Shown here in pieces: positions 38,101 through 52,080 of a DNA stretch of 64,000 nucleotides. The translations under genes and the position numbers were made by a program. Under the pieces are notes generated by a model that worked only from the letters and a program-made list of their open reading frames with translations, was not told the origin of the DNA and did not search any database. This stretch comes from Azolla caroliniana (Eukaryota; Plantae; Polypodiophyta): contig JBHGNT010000012.1 of NCBI GenBank assembly GCA_043228905.1, forward strand, positions 1,054,001-1,118,000. Reading direction: 5' to 3'. The stretch's first letter is position 1. The number at the start of each line of letters is the position of its first letter.

Positions 38101-41100
38101 AAATATCCTCCTTGAATTCCCTTAAGATATACTAAAGCAGTAATAATAGTGAATTGACCATGTAAAATAGCTAGATACCTGTGATCTGACTTCTGCCTCT
38201 TATTCTCACTCTCCAGATGCTCTTCATGATTTTGAGATGGCTCTCTTTTCTTCACATAAGAAACATCTTGTGCATCACAGTTATCTTCTACCTTGACTTT
38301 CTTATATTCCTCCTTCCGTATGTTAATTTTTTCTGTGTCACTAACAGCCAAATTTACTTTTAAAACCTCATCATGTATAATCCTGGGAAGCTCCTTTGAG
38401 GCAACTTCGAACGAGTGATGTTCACAATAATTTTCTGCGTGGATGATTGCAGTTTTTGGTACATCAAGACAGTTTGTAGAAGATGACAATGCAGAAGAAG
38501 AATCCTTTACATTGGTGATTTTTACATCTTCATGCGAAGCATGACATGTGCTTTTGTCTTCATCGCTTACATAATCTGTTGCAGAAGTTGGCATGGAAGA
38601 GAAGGATTTTTTTTCACCAGTGGTGTCCAAGGGCAAAAAAGAAGTTGATGCAATCCCATTTTCAGCATTCATATGTCCAATTTCTTTTTCACGACTGGTT
38701 GACGCTAGCTCTGTAGATTGTAGACTGGGCAAAGAATAAATACTTGCATCCATGGAAACCACAACCGCTGTTTCTCCTTCGTCCACAAAAGTAATGGACC
38801 CATCCTTACCGAATATCTCATTATTACTTGAAGACTTAGATGCATAAAACTTAGCTGACGATGGATGAAACTTGAATAAGTCCAACGCACCAGTACCCAG
38901 GCACCTGAATATATGGAAAGTCTGATATTATCAATCAAACTAATTTCTGGACAGGAAACTGCATCGAAAAACGTTACCCACTACTTGAAAAGGTTTTGCA
39001 GGTTATTTCTACTGATACAAGTACCAACTGCAAAGAAAATGTAGTAACCTCCAGTGCACAGGATAAATAAACTAGCATAACTTTGTAAATTTGAATTGGG
39101 TCCAGAGACAAAACATGATTTACACTGAGAAAATTCAAGTCAAGAGGAGACATCAAAGATATAGTGGGGGGAGAAAGATTAGATGACGCTCAGGTACTTC
39201 GCACCTCAGGAAAAGAGTAACCACTCTCAGTTTGATGACTGAAGCCTTTCATTCTGCGTTAATTAAGGTGAGTGGATGTGGCCATCTATGAACGTATTGG
39301 TGATATGATTCCCTTTCTTTGCATGTCCAAATTGGATCACAATTGTTGATTGGGCAACCAGATGACAAAACCAGCCTCTTGACATGACAACAGACAGTAT
39401 GGTATTGCCTTCTTCAAAATCTGATGCATCCATGCCTGTATATTTTCGCTACGTATTTGGTTTGTGATCTATTTTCAATGGTAAATGGTGCATATAGGAT
39501 TGTTAATGGGCACATTGGCCACCCACTTCTAGTAGATGTGATGCTAGTTTATCATGTGTCAGGATTGCAGGCTCACTGCGAATGTCTCTCTCTCTCTCGT
39601 GCTCATATTATTTGAAGCCAACATATCAAGAAGCAGGAGGTACTCATAATACTAATGGGCCTTGAAACTTAAAAGAAATCCTCAGGTGTTGTTTGATCAC
39701 TCGTATATACCATATCCCTTAGACTGCACCCTTTTTGTGTTTCTCTTTTACATACATTATGTTTTCATTCTTAAGTTTAGTTTGTTTTCACTTATATGTA
39801 TGTTTTATCTCTTTTACTTTTTAAATGGATAAAAAGGAAACTGAAAACCTGTTGTAATACTTTTCGGTCTCCTATGCCATTTCAACCTAACCTAACCTAA
39901 TCTAACCTAACCTCTTTATGATCACGAATACAGTCTTTGCTTTCAAGTGGAGGTCTATTTAACACCAGCATTATTCTCATTGTAGCTTCTGATCTTCGTG
40001 TAAAGTTCAGCTACGCATGTTTTTGCAAGTACTGAAAGTCTAGTGACACCATGCCAATCAACTAAAGAGATACTAAGTAGGAAGAAACTAGGTCTACAAA
40101 TTTCAGTTATCTCGCTGCTTTTGAAAGTACTTAAGATCTGGCAACACCATGAGAATCATCTAAAGAGATACTAACTAAAGTAGGAAGCAAACCTTGGACA
40201 TATCCATGATTTTTCATTTTGAGAATCTGCCTTATATCCCACACAAGATGCATGATACCTGTGAGTAGAAGTATAAAAATGAATTAATCGATATAACATA
40301 TAATCGTCGGAAAAAATAAATAAAAATTGCCTCTAAATTTCGAACATCGGTAATACCAGCAATCACAACTATCGCAAGCGACAGAAGTATCTTCCAAACC
40401 AAACTCTCCATCTGGTGGAAATCCAGACCGCACAAGACAACGGTCACCATCAAGGCAAACAACTGCCTAGAAATTCATAGTGATAAAATTACTACTATGA
40501 GTATTGATCTTCTTGAAACACCACACATTTTAGTAATGAATGTATAAATTGCATACATCTTCTGCAATAAAGTATGATGGGAAGGATAGGGCCCCATCAT
40601 CCTCATTGTTGGCGGTCCAAGACTCTTCCCTATCATTGCACAGTTAATCCTCTCACTACACAAAATTCAGTTTCCTATGATGTAGGAACAAACAATGAAG
40701 GCCAAAACTGAGTTTGGCCCACACACAAAAATATCATAAAGCAGGATCAAGATACCTAATAACATACCTCTCTTGTCCCAAAAAGTCAAACAGAACTCCT
40801 TCAGTTTCCACATCACTCGTATCTTCCTCCTCTTCGACCTTCAGTTCCCAAATACACACAGCAAACCAAGTTAACAATAAAATACAAACACTAAGTTCTG
40901 CGACCTGTACAGAGCTGAGACAGTTTTCTCATTCTCCATTAACATAATTTATACTGCCAGTTTGAGCTAGGATTTTCTCTTTTATAGACAAGATATTATG
41001 TCTTATCAGTATTGTAATTTTTGAATTTTATAAGCATAGTTCAAGAAGAGTCGGTGATACATTTTGTGTTCAATTTCCCACATACGCTCATCATAGGAAC

Positions 41101-42568
41101 AGCTTTTATATGCTACTCCAAAGGTACGAGAACCCCCTAAATTTTCACCAAATATTGCTTCGTGTGCCTAGCATTTCAAAGCTCACCTGGGACAACAGTA
41201 AGCTAATGAAAACAAAGAACCCATTTCTCTTGAAGGGAGATGAATCAATTCACATTGTTTTTGGGTTTCCTGAGTTGTATATGATTCCCTGTTTATCTAT
41301 ATGTCTACCTTTAGAAGCTTAAATTTGCACTCTTATCACTGTTTTTATTGACCTTCGTGTTGAGAGTTCAAACCCCATTTGGATTTCTTTCTCTTTCATA
41401 GTTTGACCATGATTCTGTGAGCCAGATAACCTTCAATAATCGATCTTTAAACTGATGTGTACCAAACTAATGGCATAGGATGATGCATGCATAGAATCAT
41501 AATGAAAAAAAAGATGAAGAATGCTAGATAAACCATTGAAGCAGTAGTGTCCCCCAGGATAAAAACAAGCACAATCACCAATTCATTCATACTTACAGCA
41601 ACAAAGGTAATAAACTTGAAATTTAACTTGCAAAGTGGGCACATGTTTGTAAATGCTGACCAAGTATCGATGCAACTGAAGCAGAATCTGCATTGCCAAC
41701 AATCGTTAAACACCAAGTTAAAATCTCAACAAAGTTAACGGTTATATTTGCAGGTTAATGTCTCACAAAGATAGATGTGAAATTAGAATATACCCCGGAA
41801 TTGAAAGGTAATTTAAGAAAAGCATTATTATTATTATTATTTATTTTTCCATCCAAAAAATACAACTAATTATCTAATTTAAACTTCGAGACAATATCTT
41901 GATTGCTTATCCATTAAGAGCCCAGAGAATGTTCAAGAAATAAAGTTTTCAAATAAATCTATTATAAAATAATCATATTTGAGATAAGTATCTTTATTAT
42001 TTAAGCATTCAAAACTTGCAAGCAGTTTCATCCTCAAAATAAGGATCTTTGTAGCCAATGCATTAAGATAACATCGAAACCTCAAACAAGCATACTGGAA
42101 TTTTTTTTTTAAAATTCAGGCAGATATCTGTCTCATTGAACTTGAACCTCATGTCCTTTCTACTCATTAAAAGAAAGCTCAATCAAAGCATATTAATATG
42201 GAAAATATTTGAAAGAGATATGCATGAGTTCTTCAAGATAAATATTTCGATTGTATACTCGTTCATATCACACAGAAATCTCAAGCTAAACACAATCAGT
42301 ATGAAAACAAAAGACTTCAAAGAAACATGTATTGAATGTTTTTAAGAACACTCACATGTCATTGCAGCAGTCTAATACACCACGAGAAGTAGCAGGTATA
42401 CAACAAATACCACATTTATCTCTGCTCTTTCTCTCTTCCTGCAGAAGGCACAAAAGGTCGAAGCTAAGAAAAAAGAGAAGAAGAAACGAGGAAGATGAAG
42501 CTCAACACCAGAAGACCTAATGAAAGGGAGATTTATGAATTGACCTGAGAGAGGCGGGGATCTGCCAT
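35167..42568 (-). CDS. RING + PHD finger protein with a C-terminal SRI/SFR19-like helical domain (At4g10930 / PHRF1-like)
   Basis: In-phase exons: 42545-42568, 42356-42438, 41597-41687, 40768-40838, 40557-40629, 40357-40466, 40193-40258, 38179-38904, 37034-38090, 36770-36844, 35816(or 35828)-36655, 35167-35379. RING CGIC..RGVLDCC.D.FCFSCID.W...CPLC; [31 protein letters not shown]; C-terminal [37 protein letters not shown]. Confidence 0.9.
36884..37050. repeat. ~85-bp tandem duplication that copies a splice donor
   Basis: ATCATGCAGACA.ATTATGA...TTCCAACTACTAC...CTTACCAG.AATGATCCTTTC occurs twice. Confidence 0.8.
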
Positions 42569-42829
42569 GGCGACCGGTCGCGTTTTCTTCTTCTTTGCCG
42601 GGGCCTTTCCTGCGATCGCCGTCTGCGTATCTTCTTCTCTGAAGGAAGGAAGGATCGATGCGCGCGCGATCAGGCAGCAGAAAAGGAGTCGAATCCTCTG
42701 AGCAAAAAAAGCAGGCTTATAAAAGTTAAAAAAGCACACACTCAATTTTTACAAGGAAAACTATAATAATTAATAATAATAATAATCATAACAAACAAAC
42801 AAACAAATGGACGGGCGGCCGCCCATCCA

Positions 42830-43162
42830 ATCCAAGCTCATCTGTCTCGTCCGCAATGTCCACGAAAGTCTGGTGTCCCAGGCTGCCTCCTTCCTTGTCT
42901 CCTCGGGCCCGGTGGATGGCCAGCTCGCCGTCTCATCGGCAATCTCCATGAAAGTGTGTGTGAGGTCTTTGTCTCCTTCCTTGTCTCCTCGGGTCGGGTG
43001 GATGGCCAGCTCGCCGTCTCGTCCGCAATCTCCATGAAAGCGTGATGTCTGTCTCCTTCCTTGTCTCTCCTCAACTCACATGGATGGGCCGCCTCGCGGT
43101 CTCGTTGGTGATATCCATGAAAGCCTGGTGTTTGTCTCCTTCCTTATCTCCTCGGGTCCAGG
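42830..43162. repeat. GC-rich ~83-86-bp tandem repeat x4 just upstream of the RING-PHD gene
   Basis: GATGG.C.GCTCGCCGTCTCGT..GCAATCTCCATGAAAG...GTCTCCTTCCTTGTCTCCTC recurs at ~42830, 42915, 43001 and 43083. Confidence 0.85.
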
Positions 43163-43279
43163 TCCCGTGACCCGAACCTGACCCTCACATGCATATGATC
43201 ATCGAACGAAATGGTCGACCGACATCCGACTCACCTCCCTCCCTACATCTTCTTCCTCTTCCCATGTGCTTGCCTTATT

Positions 43280-45300
43280 CACAATTCATTAGAACTTTAA
43301 TGTGATTTGAACTATGTATATCCTTGTCTTTTGAAGGATACATGGATCAAAGAAAACTCTTGAACTCGTCATGCCCCATTGCTTGATATTGGCCTCTTTA
43401 TGGATGCTAAGAAAAAAAAAGATCTAGCTACTATCTTGCATGTTAATCCCCTCTGCAAGCCACGAAATAATTATATGGTTGCATTTGGAATCTCTTTCTC
43501 ATTGTGTGGACACCTTGATCTCTTTGTGGCATCCACAGAATTTGATGGTGTGTCATATCCATTTTCAACCATGGACTTCCTAGTGGCATTTGTATGCATA
43601 TTGCGTTTCTAGTTGAAATACTACAACGGATATTTCTAAATTGTATTATGCATGCATGGATTGTAAACTTCTTAATCATGTCTAATGGCAAGTCCACTCT
43701 CTGGACCACGAATTCTAAAGGCTAATTTCAATGGGGTAGGATAAGTGCGAAATTATTATCCTAAGCCGTTGGACAAACTCCTAAGGATGACCAAAATGGT
43801 GAAAAGAAAGAAATGATCGATGAAGCAATGTGCATTGGTTGTGTTATTGGAGTCCCATTTTGAGCTTCATGGTGTCACTCAATGGTGTGGTCCTCATATT
43901 GTGAGCCCTCTTAGGATCTCACTAATGTCGCATAACTTGTAGCTTAAATTTTTCATCGATGTTCTGATAAGCCCAAGTCTTTGTTCATGTATAGTCGTCA
44001 AAGGAAAGGAGAGTATCTTGGGTGTATATACAAAAGAGAGATTTGATGTCATAATTTCTTTGAAGCATACTTGTAACCTTAACCATTTGGATATGTTATT
44101 TTATACATTGTGCTAATGTTTCGTAGATAATATAGAGTATACACACAATATTTATGAGATGTCACCGCCTCATATAGGCTAATGCATGATCTTCATATGG
44201 CATGCTTGCATGAATGCCAATTGGTGATCATGTATGGTTATGAGGTGGTGAGCATGCATATGTCCAAACATGTTATGTAACTCTAGTATTGATGAACTAT
44301 TCAAATTAAATATCAGTTTTCAACATATATTATAAGGGCCATAGCCATGAATAAGGAGTCATGCCCTTTAATTTGGACTCTTTTCATTGGAGGTTTCGAC
44401 ATTACTCCTTTGTATGACCCTTCTTTTTGCAATAACCACATGTATGTATTTCTCGCTTAGAGTTGAGAGTTGTTGAGAATTCATTGGGTGTCTTTCGTTT
44501 CAGACCGAATTGTGATCAATTATGGTAGAAACCAAGGGTTTATTATGGTTCTTTTTTTATGTATGAACATACAGAAGTAAAATGTCTATTGCTTCCTCAA
44601 GATTAGTAGGATCCTTATGATGGACAATCCAATGATAATTGGAGTTAGGAATGCAATGTAATAAGCAAGCAATAAACCACTTATTAGCTTCGAGAACGGA
44701 TTTTTGGAATTGGGTCCTAGCATAATACAGTTTTCAAGATAAGAAAATTTCTGGCTAGAAAGGGTAAATAAATTTTGTGTTACGTCAGTCTCAGATGGAG
44801 GTTTGAGAAAAAATTTCTTAAAAATGTCGACAAAGTCATCCCATGCATTAAGAAACTATTGGGCATTGTGAAGACCACGTCACCAAGCAGCAACTTTACC
44901 TCAAAGCTCACGACTAACATAAGCAATCTTTGTATGATCTGGCTTGGGATGAAGCTCAAGATGAGACTCCCAACGACCAAGCCAAGTACTAATAGCTTAT
45001 TCGGTCTGTTCCTTCTGTAAGGTTTCATGACAAAGGACGGTTCACCTTGCTTGTCCTCTTTCAAGGAAGAATTCATGTGCATATCCAATACACGAAACTC
45101 AAGAGATGCATGATATTTCTGATGCTCAGAAAGCTCAGTCAAGGTAGAATTGAGGACATGTTGTATTTGATGAAAATATGCCTCAATAAGAATAATGTTG
45201 GACATGGTAGCTGGTGCCATGGGCATAACATCATATTCCATGTCCATGCCATTAATTTGTGCCATAGAGATGTCTAAAGCAAACGATAATTTGACAAAGT
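43280..45300 (-). mobile_element. Heavily decayed Ty3/gypsy remnant (gag clearest)
   Basis: Minus frame at 44810-44996 reads W..RWESHLEL..KIAYVSREL*GKVAAW*R....WDDFVDIFKKFF (retrotransposon gag-like, with stops). Downstream pol signal is weak; boundaries approximate. Confidence 0.5.
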
Positions 45301-46849
45301 TTAAGAACTTATGCTAAAAACATGATAATGTTGGACAAGTTTTGGCAACATCACTCAATAAAAATTTGCATGTCCATACCCCTTTACACGTGTGACAAAT
45401 GTTTCAAGAATAAGGACACTATGGTAACACTAACGGGTTTTAACAACCACGGAGGAGACATTAAAAAAAAGAAAAGTTCTTTATCTCTATATCGAATTAC
45501 CATGGCGACTCCTCGAGGCGCAACCATGTTTGTTGACTAAAAAGCATGATCCAACCACTTTAAGAATGACATGCAAATAGTGCCCACGTATGTGGTTTCG
45601 ACTCTTCAAGTCCAACTCTGGGACCCTGAATTGCACAACAAATGCCTACGTTTACTAAAGTCATCTTAGTACTATGAAAATTTGTTTAAATTTCCTCATC
45701 ATGAGCAAATAGTCATCTATCGAACAATAGAATTCATAAATATGTCTAAGGTCATGTTTCGTCAATTTGTATGTATTGTCGTTAAGAATTTGTATTTTAT
45801 TTTATGTCAAACACAATCATAAAATTATACATTCTCAAATTTGAGAATGTTAACGATATGTCCTCTAGTGTTCGTGTATATAATTTATTTATTTATTTTT
45901 GTTGAAAATATAGATGTATAGCAATATGTCGACACATATGTTAATACATATATACATATGTTAATACATATATACATATGTTAATACATATGTCAACAAA
46001 ATACGAGAAAATAAATAAACCCACATTCAAAATTTGAGTGGAAAAATAAAAGCATCATAATTCGAAAAACAAAATCGCCCAAAATTAGAGCGCAAAACAT
46101 GCAACACACCACCATAAACACAGAGTTTTGTCAGGTGTGGATAAAGCAATTGTTTTTTTACATAAAGAAATAATAAAAAAATAAAATTATGTCGAATTTA
46201 TCTATTTAGATATGTATATTAAATGCTTTTTTTCCTAGCCCCGAGGCAGTGGGACGACTGCGATGAGCTGTTACAGTAGGTCAATAGGTCATGTTGACAT
46301 GCTGCAATTACATGTTGTTATGAATAGCATATCACGATGACATGTTGTTGTAGGTCACACTAGCCTGCTGCAAATTACCTGCTATAGCATGTCATTTTGA
46401 CTTGTTGCATGTTATTCCCTACAGGTTGTGGCCTAAAATAAATAAATAAATATAGAAAAATACATATAAATGAATAAATAAATAAGAATAAACCATAAGA
46501 ATAGAAATCAAATTTAGGAATAAAATAGACATAACATTGGCACATTTGAAACAGGTAATATGTCACAATTTGAGAACGCCATGTAAAAAGAGGACCAAAA
46601 AAGACAAAAAATAGGTTGATTCACAAGAAGGGCATGCGCAAGCGTAAAGGATATTTAAAAATGCTCCATAAATATATTGATTTTTAACTGGTTAAAAAAT
46701 TGTGGCATGTCCAAAAACACCTAAATAATTGGCAAGCCAAACTTACAAAATAGTATACAAAATGACAACACCTAAATCGATATATAGTTGGTATTTGACA
46801 GTTTAATCTAGAATACAATATACAGTTTATGAGTGAAAACTGTTGCTTT

Positions 46850-49590
46850 CCAAGTCTATTCCATCATTTTCGGACCCATCTAATGAGCTTGTAGCACATT
46901 GTGAAGTCTTGTCCTCTTCCTCTCTGGCGACTAATGCATCATCTTCATCCAATTGCAAGCCAACTGAAACGTGCTTATGCGACATGCTTCTTGTTTGTCT
47001 TTGTGTTGTTTCTTGCGCTACATTAGGGAGCTTCTCTTTTAATATCTGGTTGTAGTTTGTCTCAAATGATCTGTTTTGGTTAAAGAGAAGTCATACACAA
47101 GTATATCAACATAATCAAGTGTGAGAGTTGATATACTAGGTACATTTTTTCTTCTTCGCTTTTTGCCCGCGCTTGACCATCTCTAAAGAATACTTTCCAG
47201 TAAATGCATCATGGAAAGATGTGTGATACCAATGGACCACAATTGACTTAAGTTGATTACTTTGTTCATTCTTTATTATCTCAAGAATCTTAGCAACCCA
47301 AAATGGATGGTCAAACTCATTATCCCCCGCTAATGTTGCAACCAACATCTCAACTTGTAGCTCAAGTAAATTTCCTTGCCATTGCCTGGATTGTAAGTGA
47401 TATTCTTGGTCCCACGTAAATATCTCTTTGTTGTTGGTGAACTAGATTATTGAGTTCCATATTATCTACTAATCGATGTTGAGAGGTGGACACGTGAGAT
47501 GACATACTAACATTCCATATGAATGGAAATTGGAGTGGCCAATAGTCGGCAATATAGTTCTATAAAATTCTGCGTTGGTGGTCAAAGAAGACATCCCACC
47601 AGTCAACATTATGGTCACCTGCATACCTCTTCGTCCATTCAATATTTTTGATTTTTTCCTCTAGGCATTGCTCCCAATATATCTTTTGCTCTTCAATAGA
47701 AATGTCAGAAGCCATTTTCTTACTATCATCATATGACATTTGTTCAGCACTAGGAATTTCATCATTTGGGATATCAAGTAAGAACTTACAACCCTAATGG
47801 AGGATACTTTTATGGAAAAAAAAAACTTACAACCCTCTTGTGGCTCCCATTGTTTACTCGATGAGTATTGTTTCGCAAATAGGAGAGTTGTGTTGTGGCT
47901 TATAACATCTCATTTGATTAGGAAGACATGGTTAAAACTAATAATATTAAGATATGCAAGAACCTTGATCTTCATACCATCACCTACATTGCAGAAGCAA
48001 TTGAAATCATACACTTCATTCAAATGATGTACTTCTAGTTTAGGTGTGTAAGCTTCACTAATCAACTTGGTTAGCATGGGGAGTGTGAAGGCATCGCATC
48101 GTGCTAATTTCTTTGAGAATCTGCTGAACATTTGATCTATATGATCATGCGTATGTTCAACGAGCGAGATGTTTACCTTGATATTCTTGAATATACCTTT
48201 CTACCAGCATACCCAAATAACCAAAAACCGTTGAGTTTTTGTTCTCTCTAGTTGTGTTGTCAAGTTGGACATATAGAATAGGTGGGAGTATACTTGGCCA
48301 AGATTGTAACACTCTTTGCATGACTGTCACTATAAGATTGGGGTCATTGTGAATATTGGGATAGGTTAAGTATGCATGTGGCTTTATTTCCAAGGAATAC
48401 AACAAACACCCAACTAAACATATTTGCACAAGGCATTCATCTCCAATGTCCTTTGGCATCCATTGAAAGTGTGGCAAACATGTATTCTTTTGATCCATCC
48501 CATCAATAATTATACATGTATACTTTTCAGGTGATTGAAGAGCTTTTTGATGGTGACGCATAGCTTTAGAACGTTCCAATGCTTGACTCTCGCGACGATC
48601 TTTCAACATGTTCTTGTAACTTTTTATTTCGTCATCAGATTTCCCACCTTTCGCCATGCTCTTTAAACTTGCACAAACTGAACATACACCCATGCGAACC
48701 TTGCGTTGTATAACAACATTATTAAATTGTACCTTCCATAATCTATTGAAATGTCGATATTGTACATAAGGTACAAATTGTAATAACATGTCTTCCTTAT
48801 ATTCTTGTGATAAACCTCGTGTCGAGTAAAATTATCTAACAAGTGCAATCTCCTAGTAGTAGGCATGATATCACAATGCCTAGAGAAATAGATATGCATC
48901 CAATGGATACAATGACGCCTTATAATTCCCTTACCACCTGAGGCATTAGTAGGGCATTTGTACCGAAAGGTATCCACGATCCCCTTATCATACATTCTTG
49001 AATCCTTTGAAGCCACATGTTCCCAATGCTATGATCAATTTTAAAAGCAGCTCAACAACACTTCAAACTTAGATCAAGAAAATATTCCACATGCATTCAT
49101 GTGCCCTGATCTCTATCAAGTTACATATGTGAAATAAGAAATGTATATTGTTCATCACCATTAAGTGATAAATACTTCTCCCTCATTCTTCGTAAATTTA
49201 TCTTTCCAAATTTGTTAAGGCATAGATTGCCACAACATGACTTACTTGAATCGCATATAATCTGTCGATTGAAACATAGAAGTTAAATCTCTTCACATTA
49301 GCTTGTCGAGGAACTCGTTTAAAACTTAAAGGTTTGGATGGAGAAACTTCATCTATTGAGTTTTCATTGAACTCACTTCTAGCACATTGCAAACCAGTAT
49401 TTGGCGCATTCCTATAAGGATCGATTGAGAAAAGAGAGTTAGAGCAAGAATCATTATTAGCCTTCGATCGTTCAAGCAAACCCTTTACTTGACTTGGAAC
49501 ATTGTACTCCTCGATTGAGAAATATGAACTACTAAATAAGTCATAAGGGTCAACAGAAAACAGAGAAGCTCTACTTGAAGTGGAAGACAT
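46850..49590 (-). pseudogene. DDD-type transposase (DUF7869 / Sola-related), frameshifted, with a C-terminal beta-rich accessory domain
   Basis: Fragments 49198-49590, 48663-49016, 48157-48789, 47910-48131 and 47136-47348. Motifs CSVC, IIIDGMDQ, LYVQLDNTTRENKN, (G>E)HTHDHIDQMFSRFS. Family name is from motif recall, not a search. Confidence 0.75.
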
Positions 49591-51359
49591 TTAAAAAGCA
49601 GCACTCGAGAACCACAAATACGTTACTATAAATGGAAAAAAACTCTTTCTCATTTTAGCATCTACCTTAAAGCAAACTTTCATATAAGAAAGTCAATAAA
49701 CATATTTAAATTTTTTATAATTTATTATCAAGGTGTTTTAGGTTTATTTTCCCTATAATTAATTTTTTATATAATTTTATTATATCATTTTTGAGGTTCA
49801 ATATTAAGTTCAATATAAGATTTTTTATATGATATTATAGTTTTATTTATATAAATGACCTTACATCTATTTTCATATGAAGCTCAATATATTTCCTATT
49901 TTTTCTTTGAAAAAAATAAATTTTCAAAAAAAACAATAATAAAAAAAAAGAGCTACTATATAAAGGGTGGACCAACCCTCATTGTCAACATCACGTGTCA
50001 GAATATCATTGAGGCCAAGTTGTTGGTTTGGAATCATAACAATGACAACGATTATTGACAGAAGATGTCATGTATTGAAAGAATTCAATTATTTCATTAT
50101 GAATATTTTGATACATTAAAAGATATGGTCCCAAACTCATCCTGGTTTGTGCCGACTGTGTTTACTTGAAGTTGGGATAGCTATCGACGAAACCACAAAA
50201 TCGGAAGGCTTAAGAAAGTTCAATTCGTGGTTTCAACTGATGAGCTTTTCAATGTGGGAGTGCAAAGAAATAAAAGGTCAACGGGTGAAGAAGGTCAAAT
50301 TAGACCCTCAGGTAGAGATAAAGGCAAAGTCACGGAAGAGTGACTTGATTATTGAAGATTTGCCTGAAGATATGAAGCTCTTGGCATGGTACAAGGAATC
50401 AAGGACGACAAAATGTTAATATCTGTGCTTTCTCAAGTGGCCGCAAAAGTGTTTTCTTTGGATAAGATGGTCATAGAATTCCAAAAGTATTTTTTTGAAA
50501 TTATCTTAGTTTAACTAATTATACATTTCATCATTGACAACATATTCTATTTCTTCTTTAGCCACAAAGTATATATGAAAATTCAAGAGTTGATGATGAA
50601 GAAGCTATGCCTGCCGAGACATGCATGCCTAGTAACTTCATTGTAGAAGGCTTTGGAAGAATTCTTTGTTGTATTTAGAGAATGGGTAATTGTAATTGAA
50701 GTTTTAGCTATGTTGTGATACTTGGGATTGTGTTGTTTTAAGTTCTTTTGTTATTTTCTTAAGGGAGTTGATTATTGCAGAAACCATCTTGTTCTAAGAA
50801 AATAGGTGATACAAATGAAGCCATTCCAAGTTCGTTTATCATGCACTTGGAAAGAGTCAAATATGAGAAGAGGATGACGAAAGGGAAAGAGCTAGATGTA
50901 CATGAGGATTCGACGACCGTTGCACAAGTCCGACCCTTTTCGACAATTGCACTATAGTGTGTTCAACGAGGAAGTGGCTAATATGCTTAGCATATTACCA
51001 AAAAGGGTCTACATGTTGTTAATCGCAAACATTCCATATGGATTCCGCATCATAGGATCTATGTATGACGATGTGCCTTTCAAATATCCCCAAATAGAAA
51101 AAATGGTGAAAGACTTCGCAGAGTGCACCATTGTGGCAAATTGTGATGTTTCATAGCATGGGTCAATCTTTATTTGTAACAATTGCATTGAAGTCGCGTT
51201 GTCATGCTACCGAACATATGCATTGGTAAGTTATAGTATTAAGTTTTTTTAAATATGTTGCAATAACTTTACCATAGATTGACCCATGCGTGATATTTGT
51301 GGTATTCGACATCTGTAATATTCGAGAATACAAAATGACCCCAACAATATTACAGAACC

Positions 51360-52055
51360 ATTTGTTTATTTATTTATTATTTATTACTTTAAAAATATTT
51401 GTATTATATAAAAATATTATTAGTGTGAGGTCCCCTTTTTAATGTCAAGATAGTAAAAAGTGGGGAATTAATGAACCTTTTATTTATTTATTTTTATATT
51501 AAAAATAAAAGAAATAATTTTAATTTTTTCATCTATTATAAGAATATTATTAGTGTGAGGTCCCCTTTTTAATGTGAGATAAAAATATGAAATTTTATGG
51601 CAACCATTTATTTATTGTATTTATTTACATTTTGTTTTTGTTTTATTAAAAAATAAAACAAATACATTTAAGTTTTAGATCTATTATGAAAATATTATTA
51701 GTGTGAGTTCTCCTTTTTAATGTGAGATAAAAATATGAAAATTTATGGGAATCTTTTATTTATCTATTTTCTTTACATATTTTTATTTATTTTTTGTTTT
51801 ATTAAAAAATAAAACAAATACATTTAAGTTTTATATCTATTATAAAAATATTATTAGTGTGAGGTCCCCTTTTAATGACAGATAAAAATATCAATTTTTG
51901 TGGCAGAGTAAAAAGTGAGAATTAATGAACCTTTTATTTATTATTTAATAGAAATAAAACAAATACTTTTTAGTTTTCCATCTATTATATAAAAATATTA
52001 TTTAGTATAAGTCTTCTTTTTAATGTGAAGTTAAATATTCCCTTTTTAATGTGAA
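51360..52055. repeat. AT-rich ~130-156-bp tandem repeat x5 in the methyltransferase intron
   Basis: TAGTGTGAGGTCCCCTTTTTAATGT core at 51421, 51551, 51699 and 51855, degenerate at 52003. Confidence 0.85.
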
Positions 52056-52080
52056 AGTCTCTTTGTTATATGATATATTT

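Noticed and set aside
39885-39912. (AACCT)n, equivalent to the TTAGG telomere-type repeat
   Set aside because: Only ~5 imperfect intronic units; indistinguishable from a chance microsatellite.
46200-46800. Terminal inverted repeat for the transposase/MTase unit
   Set aside because: No matching inverted sequence found by eye at 54.6-55.6 kb, so no boundary is claimed.
51360-52055. CRISPR-like repeat/spacer appearance (also 42830-43162 and 14521-15035)
   Set aside because: The intervening sequences are homologous to each other, there are no cas genes, and the context is eukaryotic; these are ordinary tandem repeats.
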